The translations under genes were made by a program, and so were the position numbers. From assembly GCA_040954595.2 (NCBI GenBank), contig CM082591.2:9227612-9291611 (forward strand): DNA of 64,000 nucleotides, written 5' to 3'. This document shows, in pieces, positions 1 to 12,580 of the stretch. The DNA is from Balanoglossus misakiensis. Lineage: Eukaryota; Animalia; Hemichordata. How positions within the stretch are numbered: position 1 is the stretch's first letter; each line of letters opens with the position of its first letter. Below the pieces are notes generated by a model. That model made no database searches. It was not told the DNA's origin and saw only the letters and a program-made list of their open reading frames with translations.

Positions 1-214
1 ACGGGGGGCGGGATGGGGTGGGGTGGGAGGTAATTGTACATTTTTTTACACAAAATAGTTATATGTGTTTACTTTAATAACAAAACATATCTCCGATCTC
101 ATATTATCTCTCTTAGGACAAACCAGCCAATAAATGAAATGAGGCGAAGACTGTGGGGGGGGGGGAGGGGGTGGGTGTGGGTGGGTGTGGGACAACACAC
201 CAGCTATGGCAGCG

Positions 215-387
215 ATAGACTCTCTCACAGCCCCTCTCGCCGTCCATGCAGGCTATGGTCTAAATTCATGTGTGCCCGGCGAGATGTTCGCTACACAACA
301 ACATATGGGGCTTCTCCTTTGCTAAACGGTTGAGGGCGCGTCTGTGAAAAGCCTTGTAGCGAACCGTGGACTTTGATGAGAGTCTAT
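215..387. mobile_element. Small MITE (possibly P-element-like), 7-bp TSD
   Basis: TIR ATAGACTCTC/GAGAGTCTAT, inner IR TTCGCTACA/TGTAGCGAA, flanked by the direct repeat GGCAGCG (208-214, 388-394). Confidence 0.4.
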
Positions 388-1877
388 GGCAGCGAAAGAG
401 TGGATGGTGTTGGCGAAGATCGATGATCATTTCTGTCCTGTGCTATCTGCTCAGAGCGATAGGCCTACAATACATGTAACACTAAACTGCTGTCGTGTCT
501 ACACAACTTCTGCGAGCCGAGTCTGGGTATATCAGCAAATCTCTCTCGTAGTCGGCTGAAAATATGGTCTGACCCCCAAAAATTGCAACAAAAGGTTTCT
601 CAATGGTTTTCTGTAGTATTGAATGTCCTTAATAACATATAAAAAGTCTACCAAAATCTGATGGCCGGAAATGTGTAATTTTAAAGGTTTTACCCAAGAT
701 GACTGCCACAGACTTAATTTTCCATATTTTAGTATATTCTAATTTTCTTGTTTTTAAAATATTTTGTATATCAATGACTTTTTAACAAATGTAAAGAAAA
801 ATCGGGTGTTCCTATGCTACTTTTTTCAATGAGATGGTCTAAAACTTTGTGATCAATGCCGAATCAGCACTTTTCTTGCACACCTCATGCTACAGTTTTC
901 CTATGCTGAAAATATCTGAATAGATATCTCAAAATGAAGATGTGGGTGTATGGCTTTTAATGTACCGGTTAAACACACCATAGCAGGAAAAAGTCAGTAA
1001 CTCCAAGGTGTTCCAGGAAATATGTAATTGGTTGACGACGTATGGTTGGCAACCACTCACGTTACATCGAATAACATGTCTGAAATCATCAAATATGCAT
1101 CGTCGTAAACCGCGACCTCTTTACGGCAACAGTTTCTGCGTAGCGGGGGTAAACGACCCTGGTTCGGGAGAATGCATGTATGTTACTGAATCCCAATATA
1201 TTGCCAGGCTATCTGCCAATACATTTGTGATTTTTCTGACTGAGAACATTTGTTGAAATCGAACTACGAAGGCTCAGGTGTGATTTTGTAAGCCTCGCAG
1301 TCATCAATAGAATGAATAACAATGCACAATGCATGTTGTGCTGACGTCATGTTTGACTGACGTCACAAGCAACTGTTTCAATCGTGTCCATCAATGATTG
1401 GATAGAGATCTGTGTCGTAAAAAAACTACATTTTAACAGACCACGTATCCATGATTGATGAACGACATATTTACCAAATTAAAACAACGGACACCATAGC
1501 GATTTGCAATAGCTATCGTTAATACTGCCATAAATCTGGCAAACTTTCAGCTGAAGATTTACACAGTGTATTTATTAGGGTTCAGGTAATTTACACGATT
1601 ACAAGTCGGAGTATTCGTTCGAATTAAAAAATGAATAATCTTGTCATACTTTTGGAATGTATCTCATTTTTTGTCGTGACTATACTTTTAGAATTATTGG
1701 TTAATATTAACGTTAAAGAGAGAAATATTTTAGTGTATCTAAAACAATGTGCTTCGACTAGAACAGTAAAATGAAATCATTAAATTAACATTGGCTATAT
1801 TTGAACTTAGCAGAACATATTGGTACAAAACGACGTGCGTGTTAGAGATACTATAGGATTGGAAGTCATTATTTCAA

Positions 1878-2115
1878 AGGGACAAAGTCTCTCTCTCGCT
1901 GCCCTTTTTTCCATTTATTATGTTTGATACAAGAAACCGCCAACATGAATAGTTGGTGAGATTTTCACTGTCGTGTCTACACGTGGGATGGAAGTTGTGT
2001 GTGGTCAAACCTTGATTCACTATATATCTAATTGTAGAATAACATAAAAGGTGTCTTGTATCAAACGTGATTAATGGAAAATCTGCACAGAGAGAGAGAG
2101 AGCGACTTTGTCCCT
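1878..2115. mobile_element. Kolobok-like MITE
   Basis: TIR AGGGACAAAGTC/GACTTTGTCCCT with an extended subterminal IR (TTCCATT..GTTTGATACAAGA). TTAA on the right and TCAA (degenerate) on the left. Confidence 0.6.
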
Positions 2116-3430
2116 TTAAGCAACAACTACGTGTATTGTATGAGTGTAGACTATGCGTGTGTGAGTGTACCTATGAAACGTGCACACTGATGACTATTAA
2201 AATTTTGGGTCAGATTTCCTAATGTGCACATTACGTCAGATTTGCTTGGTACAAAATGTACTCTCATGAAGTCAGTTTTAAAGTCCCAATAGGTGCCAAT
2301 GTTGATTCATTTTCATGATTTTAGTTTTGAACTTAATATGATACAATTAAGTGAGTTAACCGGTGGGTGTAAACAAACAACGTATCAGCCTCCGATTATG
2401 GCTGTGCATTAAAATATGAATAAGTTAAATAATACACGAGTGTAACACACGTTTATTAAACTGCCCAACTATACAGCTATAGTCAAATGTACACATGGGT
2501 ATTAAAATCACCAAAAGTCAAAATAGTGCAATTTGTCGACAACGGATAAGGATTAAAATGAAGTATTTTATGAAATACAAATATGGAAAAAGTGGAAGCT
2601 TTATAGTTGTCAGGGGAATTCATAATGCCAAGTGCTTGGTTATAGGTTGGCATCGCTCTGTTTAGTGGTGTCATCACGTGACATGTCGTACAAACCATAT
2701 GTAGATGTGTCTAGATCTCTTTCAAATACCCCTTTCATTTATTTACATAAATGACGTCCCATAGTTCTGACACGTCATCGAGATACCTTACTCTGCATCA
2801 GTAGGAATAAAATAATACATTTGGAACAATTACTGAGAGGAAATAGCAAGGTAGAGATAAATACGATTAAATAATTATAAACCGGTCCGAAACATATGGC
2901 AGGGGTAGATGTAATTGGAAAAGTAATGAAAAAAGAAGAATATGATTTGCTGCGCTTTGTGAAGACACCTTTACAAATTGAAACCAATTTAAAGAATCAT
3001 TGGGGAAAAATTTACGATAGATGAATCGAAGCATGTGAAATAATTTGATGATAAATTTCACGGAACACTGCGACATATGTAACAATGAAAGCAAAGTGTT
3101 ACAATGTAGAACTGCATTTCGATCACGTAAATGCTCAAAGGCGCAATATTCCAACTTTAAGTAGCTATGGAAACATGACCTAACCTCCTAATCCGATAAA
3201 TTATACCCGTGAAAAGAGCTGTCATAAGGACATAGCTTGCCATTTGAATGGTGCGGTCCTGATCGACCGTTTGAATTTGGAATTGCTACAGAGAGAGTAC
3301 GCTGCTTACAATCAAATGTTAAAATATTGTTATGTGAAGGTGTTAGAAATATTAATCCTTCTATCAATACCTAACAATATCCTAAAACCTATGCTATGCT
3401 ATGTTTCTATTCTGTCACAATCAACATTAC

Positions 3431-4176
3431 CTGAGGTGCGTCAAAGGTAGACCTTGTACTTTTAGGGATTATGTACTCATCACAAAAGCTCAGCTTATTT
3501 AATATCCACTGGCGCTTCTCTAATTGGCCAGCACTACTTCCGCTTTTTGGGCCACGGCGATGCCTGGCGTACATTGTACGCAAATTCTTTCTTTTCTTGT
3601 ACACACTTGGTACTTAAATGAGAAACATTGTACAAATATATAAGTGTTACAACACAAGTTTGGATAAATTTGTTTAAATTAGCCATCAAGTCATTGGCCA
3701 TATTAGCAGTAGTTTAACTATGACACAATTCCTTACCAAATTTTACCAGAAGAAAACTGATACAATAATTTTATTAAATGAATCATCTTTGATGAACTGT
3801 GGCTGATTTTTAATTTTCAAATGGGATGTAAACCTGTCAAGGTATAAGAAACTTAAATAATATTAATGAAATAAGCTGATGATTTGAATTATTTGTACAT
3901 TAAGATATACTGGAAATATTAGATACAGCCACTATGATTATATAATATTTATTCATTGTTACCTACTATAATTATACAATTTGTTCATTGTTATCTCTAG
4001 GAAATAAACCTTTAAACTTATTCACCTGACTTGTCAAGACTGACAGATATCTCTGTTATTAGTTTTTCCCTAATAACTCTGTCCTTATAGTCTGCATGAG
4101 ACACATCCCATAAGGGCCGACATTCCCTATACTTCTCGATAAGCTGATCAACCTGATCATCTGACCAAGTATCCAT
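3431..4176 (-). CDS. MADF/Myb-SANT DNA-binding protein (Harbinger ORF2-type), two exons 4176-4026 and 3612-3431, 3' end not found
   Basis: MDTWSDDQVDQLIEKYRECRPLWDVSHADYKDR... joins in frame across a GT-AG intron (phase 1) to VPSVYKKRKNLRTMYAR..KSGS..W..LSF..I.PKSTRST, a typical MADF pattern. A further donor CAG|GTAATG lies at 3430. Confidence 0.75.
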
Positions 4177-5008
4177 CTTGTACAAAGCTATTAAACAAAA
4201 AACAACACGCTTAAAATGAAATTCAACTACATAACTACCACTATCACCTTTCAAACTGCTATATTGCATTATATCTATGGATTCGACATCATGGCACAGA
4301 ACTAGTATTTTTCTGAAAACCTGTCATTTATAGTTGTGGAAAGAACTTTGCATAACAATTGCCCTACTGGCTACGAGAAACAGTCCGTTGTAATATGTGA
4401 GCAAAACAATGGAGACAATTACCACCACCATCACTGTTTACGGTACATAGACTAGCCCACTAGACACTTGACCTGCACAGACTGCAGACCCAAACTGACA
4501 ATGTTCATTCCAGTCATGCACTATACTACTATAATTTCTAGCGAAGAACACATTTCTAGCTTGCGTTATCCAGAAATAATAAGCTTCCACAAAAAAAAAT
4601 CTTCCTACTCACAGCTGGCTGGCCAGGTCAAGAGATCAACCAACTTGTCAATCCTCGTAACCATTTTGCGGAACTTACATATTTTTGTCATAACAACACT
4701 GAAAAGACCACTCATTTTACTTTTATTTGATCAAACTTGAGCTCATAATAAAATACTCAAAAAATAGTGGATAATATATGCGGTATAAAAAAATACTTAC
4801 CAATATTCGCGACTATTTCTCCGGACGACAATTTGTTTCCTGGTTCAGAAAATGTCTCTGCGCATGTGCAGATGTCAAAGGTTATTGGGGAAAACTGGTA
4901 ACGCGGGGCAACCGCTTGCACGTCAGGCAACTCGTCGCCCGAAAATCCGACATGACGGATTTCGAGGCGACGTCGCCAGACGCGTTCCATTGAGGCGACT
5001 ACATCATA

Positions 5009-5095
5009 CACACGAGGCAACTCGGTAGGCAACTCGGGTTGCGCGTCGAGTTGCCTACCGAGTTGCCTGCCGAGTTGCCTCGTGTAACTCGGCCT
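5009..5095 (-). mobile_element. PIF/Harbinger terminus with subterminal palindrome; probable end of the element carrying the MADF gene
   Basis: Reverse strand reads TAA|AGGCCGAGTTACACGAGGCAACTCGG (TWA target, Harbinger-style TIR). GGCAACTCG/CGAGTTGCC repeats form a hairpin. Partner terminus not found. Confidence 0.55.
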
Positions 5096-5951
5096 TTACA
5101 GGTATCGAAATGGGCACATGGGTTTATGGGATGACAAATACTGCGACGTCAAACCAAAGGGCTTCGTCCGTGGAATTCCAGGTGCGCGGTGAATATAGTC
5201 ATCAAATTAAAAATACACAAAGTTGGAACTCATGTTGTGACTTTATTGTTACATGGAGGCTAACGGATCGACATTTTGCTTACACTAGAGACCACATAAT
5301 AACAAGGGGAATTTGCATGAATTTTAATTTTTGAGTTTTCACTGAGTCCATATTGTTTTTATTTTTCGTCTTTCCAGATACGTACTGCTTAAGTCTTCAA
5401 ATCAGAGGATAAATGTAAACATGATATAGCCAGCACCAAGGCAATGACATGACGGTGATGATGTAATAGAAAGACAAATCCATTCTCGATCTAGTACTGT
5501 TCATGATTCAACAATGAGTTCATTAAAATGTGCATGGCCGCCCGTAGTTATACAAATTAATACTTTTGCGCTGTTTGCTTAGTTGAGATGCATTGTGATC
5601 AACCCAATTGCTTACTCTTTATTGTGTGTATTTAAAGGGCCAGCGCCATGCCCATACCCACAACACGTAAAATCACTCTTTCGATGGTGAAGTCGACGTC
5701 TGTTGCCGTCTAGAATCCCACATCGCCCAATACGGTTTAATAATTTTCAAGCAAAACTGCCGCGTGGGCGTGTACCTCAAAGCCAGTCCAGTCGTCATTT
5801 ATCGCTCTTCTGAATTTCAAGCGACAGCTTATCTTAATTAATAGAATCATGAATTTGACTTGCATGTTCTGTTTAGCGTTTGTCTCACTACAGGCGACAT
5901 GGCTGCCAAGTGCGCATGCGTCATTCTCAGGCTTTGTCATAACCTTTCCGG

Positions 5952-6363
5952 TGTTGTGCCGAATTCGGCCCCATGCCGAATACGTCCCCGCGCATGCCTT
6001 GACAAACAAACCATGGCTTCTAAGGGATACGATCGGCAGGTAAAGCTGCTGATTTCAGCCCCGTTGCCGATTAAGACCCCAACTAAAGTCATGTTAACTA
6101 TTGAAAGCTAAAAGTGATGGTTTCGGCCTAAATGGGTGAATATCTGCCCATGGCCCTGATTTGTTGGTGGAATGAAATTAAATCCTTGCGGTAATGCAAT
6201 GTCCAAGTTTACAGTGCAATACAATGTACATTCATGCACAGCCTTACATGCACGTTGGATGGCAAAACTTTCACACAAGAAAATGCAATATTTCAGACAC
6301 ATGTTACTGATGACCCGAGCATGCGCGGGACGTATTCGGCATGGGGCCGAATTCGGCACAACA
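5952..6363. mobile_element. Ginger1-like non-autonomous element
   Basis: TGT...ACA termini, ~45-bp TIR TGTTGTGCCGAATTCGGCCCCATGCCGAATACGTCCC, CCGG duplicated at 5948-5951 and 6364-6367 (the known Ginger1 target preference). Confidence 0.7.
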
Positions 6364-6819
6364 CCGGCTACTTTGTGAACTTGGCAATATGGCTCCCAAA
6401 ACTGCAAAGTCCAGTACATTGATTTTTCGACGGTTGGGGAGACTTATCAAGCAACATGTATGAAAATTCACTTTTATAGAAGAAAGGGCAACAAGAGTGT
6501 TGTCCTTACATTGTACGGCAGTACCCACGTCACAAGAAAACGTTTGTATTTTAATTCTCGATACCTTAGGATTTGTCTTTGTGCTAGGGGTGTCCTCTTA
6601 TAAAACGGCAACGGGCCACTCTCGTCCTTTTCAGGAATAGCCAAGAATAAGCAAAGGTAAAGACGGCGCCACATTCTACATCTGATTTTAATCTGATTGA
6701 TGTCAACGGTTACCGGACTGGTATATCCACATGGGCTGTCGACTAAAGGGTCGAGTAAACATTAAAAACCAAATATTGCGGGTGACCATTCACTGGTTAT
6801 GGCATTTTTTATTTCTTTA

Positions 6820-6927
6820 GGGGCGGTTCAGTTTTTACGGTTGGAAGTGGGGGGGGGGGGGGGGGGTCGGCAAGTTTGTGTCATCGGTTTTCAAAATCAA
6901 GCAGAACCCCCTTTCACCCAGGACCAA
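6820..6927 (+). mobile_element. Truncated 5' end of the Harbinger MITE family also at 24322 and 53876
   Basis: TTA|GGGGCGGTTCAGTTTTTACGG..poly-G..CAAGTTTGTGTCATCGGTTTTCAAAATCA matches the full copies; fused directly to Gypsy sequence. Confidence 0.7.
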
Positions 6928-6979
6928 CGGGCAAAAAATACGAAGACCCCCGGAAAACATCACACAGCCACTTGTGGAG

Positions 6980-7510
6980 TGAAAAAGCTTGTTGTCAAAG
7001 TACACCTAGCCGGAAGAGACTCGCCCATGAGAGGATTCAAAATTGGACCAGTGAACCTGAAGTTAGAGAGCACTGCCTTTCGAGAAAATATATATGTTGG
7101 TCCAATAGGAGACACCATGCTGCTGGGAGTAGACCAACTTCGATCCAAGCAGGTCATCCTCCACATGCGAGAAAACTTCCTCCAGGTGGGAGAACAACAT
7201 GTCCCGTTGCTGCAAGGGGACCAGACCACTGTGGCACGTGGCTAACATATCAGTCGCTCCATGCACTATCCTGTCTCCGAACTCCGTGACCAGGGTGACA
7301 GGGACAATCGACATGGACATGCCCGACTAAATAGTGGAACCAGTGAAACTAGGTGACGTCATTATGCCCCGGACATTCTGTAAAAAGGGGCAGCCCCCAA
7401 TAATCTGTTTAGTAAACCTGACCGATGACAACGTCACCATACCGCCGGGAACAGTAGTGGCAACAGCAGTCGGAGGAAAGCTTCTTCGGACATTAACCAA
7501 AGACATTGAA
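6980..7510 (+). pseudogene. pol: Gypsy pol 5' part: C-terminal half of the aspartic protease and linker (frameshifted ~7240)
   Basis: IYVGPIGDTMLLGVDQL protease C-terminal motif. ...KDIE (7510) joins in frame to IATG (12581) once the DIRS is removed. Confidence 0.75.
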
Positions 7511-7713
7511 AATAAAAATTATACCACACCTTACTGTTACAGGATAATTGTGGTTATTCTCTCATCCTGAAGGAACGAACCGAATTGAAGTAGCTGTCTT
7601 CCCTTGACCTCGGAGTAGACACAGCCCTTTCAAAGAAATAACCTATGACCTATGACATGGATATTTAAATAATATCCCATATACACCTGCCTTACGGACG
7701 AGCAACCATCTTT
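7511..7713 (-). repeat. DIRS 3' ITR including a ~43-bp terminal extension (7511-7553)
   Basis: 7554-7713 is the reverse complement of 12422-12581 with about 5 mismatches. Confidence 0.92.
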
Positions 7714-7771
7714 AAAAGCCTGAAACTAAGAAAAGACAAACAGAAAACATAATTTTTGGGTGGGAGGTGGG

Positions 7772-7870
7772 AGCTACTTCAATTCGGTTCGTTCCTCCAG
7801 GATGAGAGAATAACCACAATTATCCTGTAACAGTAAGATGTGGTATAATTTTTATTTATTCTCACATCCT
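7772..7870 (-). repeat. DIRS internal complementary region (ICR)
   Basis: Reverse complement of the left terminus (7511-7594) immediately followed by the reverse complement of the right terminus (ATTCTCACATCCT), i.e. a copy of the circle junction. Confidence 0.92.
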
Positions 7871-7942
7871 TCAGTCACTTCCCTCATTTCCATAGCTGAT
7901 TTTAAAGACAAAGCACCTGAGAACAACAGGTAGTCAACTCAC

Positions 7943-9408
7943 CTATTTGGTTACCAAGGTGTCCAACACTGGAGAAGTCAATGATGATACCTCACACTGG
8001 TAATGTTTAGCAAAGGTTCTAGAAGAGGACCAATTCGCCAAACCCATAATTTGCTGTAACGAGGCTCCTCTGAAATGAAGGGCTGAAGTAACTGCTGCTC
8101 TAGTTGCATGTGCTGAGAAGACCTTGTCTATACCACTCTTCTGAAACACCAATTTAATCCATCTTGCTATGGTACTTGGCAAAACAGGTTTTCCTGTCGC
8201 AAAACTAACGAAAAGGGTCTTCTTGTGCTTGCGTAAAGACTGCACCCGACGCAAATAAGAAGCCAAATAATAGACTACACATAACCTTCGATCCTTCTTG
8301 AAGGCTGGTAAAACAACAATTCTTCTTTTCTTGGCTGGTCTGTCTGTCTTCGACAAACTAGCCGGAAGCAAAACAGCTGATCCCTTGGATAATGAAATAG
8401 ACTCCAACTGGAGATTTGCCAAATCAGAACACCGTCCTGCTGTACATAACGCAACTAACATAACAGTTTTTAATGTTAAACACTTCAGCGACAAATCCTT
8501 GGATGGCGACCAAGACTGAAGAAAAGTCAAAACTTGCTGAACATCCCATACCTGGGTGGTCTGGATACATAAACTCCCCTCATAAACTGTGTAGTAAGTG
8601 GATGATTTCCCAAACGATATCCATCAACTGGCAAGTGCACTGAAGAGATAGCTGAACGATATACATTAATGGTGTGATACTGAAGTTGTCTATCAAGTTG
8701 GTCTGCAAGAAATTCCAACACTATAGGGATAGGCGCTGAAATAGGATCTTCCTTTTGTCTTTGACACCAACGATTCCAGCGACGCCAGGCTGACTCATAC
8801 TGTTTTGCAGTGCCTCGTCTGATGCTTTGGAGGATAATTTTAGACACCCTTTCAGATATGCCTCTTGCTCGGAGAGTACACCTGAGAGCGGCCACACGGC
8901 TAGCAACATTTGGTTTGCGAGTGGATGATTCTGCCCTGTCAACAGATCGACTAACAGGTCTGGGACTTGTGGGAGCAATAACGGATCTTGTATCAGAAGT
9001 GAAAGTAAATCCGGATACCAGGGTTGAGTCGTCCACACTGGGGCCACCAGAACTATGCGTGCCTTGTCCTGATAAACTTTGTGCAGAATTCTTGGAAGAA
9101 GACAAAACGGAGGAAACACATAGCCTACCAGCTTGTTCCACTGAATGGAAAATGCGTCTATTCGCCATTCTTGTGGATCTGGTTTCCAAGAGACATAACG
9201 AGGAAGCTGTGCATTCAGATGTGTCGCAAACAGGTCCACTTGCGGTATCCACTGCAACATCCGGAGGGCTTTCTGGAGCACAACTGGGTTGAGCTGCCAT
9301 TCCAGATTGTCGTTGAATTTTCGCGAAAGGTAATCCGCCTCTTAATTGATTCTCCCCGGCAGATGCACTGCTGATAGTAGAATGTTGCGCTTCAGGCACC
9401 ACAACCAC
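7943..9408 (-). pseudogene. DIRS tyrosine recombinase (frameshift ~8550); its N-terminal extension overlaps RT/RH in another frame
   Basis: Core-binding domain (GTAKQYESAWRRW..TINVYRSAIS) plus catalytic residues GRCSDL, LSKT, HATRAA, ANWSS..FAKHY. Confidence 0.92.
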
Positions 9409-10935
9409 AGACTGGCCGCCAACTCACTCAGAGGCCAAGATCGAGTGCCTCCCTGACAGTTGATGTAAGACACTACTGATGTATTGTCTCACTGGACTTC
9501 GACACAGATGTCCTGCAGATGACTTGCCAGACGCTCCAATCCTCTGCAAACTGCCAGCATCTCCAGCTGATTTATGTGGAGACTCTGGTTCCACTGTCCC
9601 TGTGCCGAGTTGTGCCCGCATACTGCTCCCCATCCTCTGATGGACGAATCTGTCTGAACTATCAGTTGCGGTGTATGTGGTAGTAGGGACTTGCCATTCC
9701 ATGCATGAAGACATTCTACCCACCATCTCAACTCCATCTTTGCTGCTCGAGAGAGACTCAATGGGGAATCGAAGCACCCTGTCTGAGCGAACACCTTCAG
9801 CTGATCTTTCTGAAGAGCCCGGTAATGAAGTGGCGCCACAGTTTTCGCCTCCAGAGCTGCTGTCATTCGCCCAAACACCTTTGCTAGGCAACGCACAGTG
9901 ACCACTTTGTTTCCCAGCAACATTCTGATTGGAGTTTCTGTACCTTTTCCTGTGGGAAACTGATAGTCATGTCTATGGAGTTGATCATCATACCCAAAAA
10001 CTGAACTTGCTGTTTTGGTTGAAGTTTGGATTTTTCCGAATTTACGAGGAAACCTACACTCTGCAGAAGTTGCACAGCTGTCTCTACATTCGCTTGGCCA
10101 ATCTTCCTGGATTCCCCCAGGATCAGGAGGTTGTCTATATAAATTACACATCGAATACCTTGGCGACGAAACTGAGCGACGACTGGCTTCAACATTTTCG
10201 TAAAAACTCCAGGAGCACTGGCAATGCCGAACGGCAGAACTGCAAATTCGAACATCGTCTCCTTCCAAATAAACCGAAGAAACTTTCTGTGATCTACAAA
10301 AATTGGGATAGTGAAATATGCATCCTTCAGGTCTACTGTGGCCATGAAGTCGCCTGGACGAAGTCGCGCCTTGACATGCTGAAGGCCCTCCATCTTGAAG
10401 TGCTGATAAGCAATGTGCCGATTGAGTGATTTCAGGTTGAAAACCGGGCGCCAACCTCCTGACACTTTGGGTACTAGAAATATTGTTGAAACAAACTGAC
10501 CTTGAACTGGTACCACTGGATGTATTGCCGCCTTTTGTAACAAAGACTGTATTTCCGTGTCGATCAAATCTACATGGCATGACTGAACAGCCGTAACTGG
10601 TAGATGCGACTGCACTGGTGTTGACACGAGTTCCAGCTTGTAACCTTGCACTGTTTCTAGTATCCATGGGTCTGAAGTTAGCTGCCGCCACTCTGGTGAA
10701 GAAATAAAGCTAGACGACCCCCTACCTGGGGATGAGTAAGTAACTGCTCTTGATGAGGGAAAACATCACTGTTTTTTGCCACGAAAGGACTGACCAGCGC
10801 CATCAGTTCTCGCAAACTTGGGTGAAGAACCATACTGTATAAACTTGGAGTATTGAGACCGCTTACCATATCCACTTTGGCCATACCTGGACTTGTAGGT
10901 AGACATGGGGCGTTTGCGGAACTGGCCTGCTGCAC
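8721..10935 (-). pseudogene. pol: DIRS pol: reverse transcriptase, RNase H, Dam-like methyltransferase domain
   Basis: VGGRL..; DLKDAYF, LPFG, YIDN (catalytic YxDD mutated); TDSS..GWG, HINQLEMLAV; VDLFAT...DAF..W...YVFPPF...LVAPVW..QPWY. Contains stops and frameshifts. Confidence 0.92.
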
Positions 10936-12100
10936 TTCCAGTTGACCCTTGACCCCTAGAGGTCATATCAACCACAACGTTATGGGCCTGCTTTGCCTTC
11001 TTTGCCTCCTTCAGTGGCTCATCTCCAAATAATGTAGCCATGGATGGTTCCAATTTCTTCAAAGAAGCATACTTATTTGGAAGCACAGATTCAAAGGCCT
11101 TCTGTCTTGCTATCTGTAGACCACGAAAAGCACTACCGAACAGAGTAATACTAAGTTGAATGGTAGTTAGAAGAATTTGTGGATCAATTGACACACCATC
11201 ATGAGCCGTCTGCAAAATTTCCAACAACGGAAGTTGCGACAACAATAAATTATCAGCAGCTTTCCAAATTCTATGGTCCTGCTGCATCATAGGTTTAGTA
11301 ACTGGCTGCTTCTCCCAATGAGTAGCCAGATGTTCAGGCAGAGCAGGAGATAAGAATAATTTCTCATGTTTTGAAGACACTTCATAACGTTCCTTCATTT
11401 CCTTTTTGTCATCTGCACTCAGAGCATTTGTACGTTGCTGTATAAACCAAGACCGGACCGACTTGGAAAACCCCACACCAGTATTTCTGTCATGTGGGTT
11501 ATCAAACTCACAATCTGAACTTCCAGTAGAAGAAGAATCGCCTGATGAAACTGGTGAAGCCTTAGACTTATTGTCTTTCTTCTTACCTTTCTTTCTTCTG
11601 GATTTCTCTTTCCGAAACGATGAACGGCGATGAGGTGGTGACTCGACATCCGAAGAGTCGTCTGAATCCGCATCCAGTAGGAAATTAACACGACCAGCGT
11701 GTTTATCCTGTGCACGAACGTCTCGAAGAGACTCAGGGGCCACAGAAACTGGGCCTTGGCGGCAGGTATGGTCACTCAATGGAGGACGCGCCTCGTGTGC
11801 AGCCGAGGGACCTGCTACCCCAATGCAAGCAAGGGGAATGCCATCCGCTGCGTTCGCTTCCAAGTCCATTTCACTGGTACGGCGACCATCTCTGGCAGCA
11901 CCTAACCATTTCTTCTGATTTTCAGTCAACTGTTGGACGGACTTGGCCAGGCCTGACACCATCTCCATAAGGACCTGGGACTACGGAACAGAAGAACGAT
12001 TTGCTGTCCCACTATGCTGGCCTGGTGTAACATTCACAGAGTCATTAGCACTCATGTCTGCAGAACTATCTTCGACAACGGCTGCACGCAAGTCAGTCAT
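10766..12100 (-). pseudogene. gag: DIRS ORF1 (gag-like), with an in-frame stop at 11981-11983
   Basis: 400-aa ORF 11968-10766 in the ORF1 position with the TLFGD motif and a basic C-terminus overlapping pol; the upstream ORF 12196-11981 is in the same frame. Confidence 0.75.
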
Positions 12101-12421
12101 GGTTCTGCAAAAACACAGAAGCATGCCTACACTAAAACGTATTAGACAAAAATAGCAAGAAAAAATTCTCAACATTTCACCACACATGTGCTCCACAAAT
12201 CCAAAATGGTTGACACATGTGTATGAAAACTGACAAAGGAAAAAAATACATCCATCAAAAAGCTGAACAGGAAAATATACAACGTCCGAGGCAAAAATTG
12301 GGATAACATATCGGTCTAAAAATGAAATACAAACACCTACCTGTGTTTAAAACACTCACCAACGCTCCCAGAAAAACCCAGGAGCTTCAGGAACTGTGCT
12401 ACTCACTTGAAGCCGAGAGGA

Positions 12422-12580
12422 AAAGATGGTGGCTCGTCCGTAAGGCAGGTGTATATGGGATATTATTTAAATATTCATGTCATAGGTCATATGTTATTTC
12501 TTTGAAAGGGATGTGTCTACTCCGAGGTCAAGGGAAGACAGCTACTTCAATTCGGTTCGTTCCTTCAGGATGTGAGAATA
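12422..12580 (-). repeat. DIRS 5' ITR
   Basis: Inverted copy of 7554-7713. Confidence 0.92.

Larger units (their letters stand above)
7511..12580 (-). mobile_element. Full-length DIRS1-type tyrosine-recombinase retrotransposon (5070 bp)
   Basis: Non-identical ITRs, internal complementary region, overlapping gag / RT-RH-MT / YR ORFs, no TSD. Confidence 0.95.

Noticed and set aside
7943-9408. Phage integrase plus methylase suggesting a prophage or restriction-modification system
   Set aside because: Both are standard DIRS1 domains lying between the ITRs.
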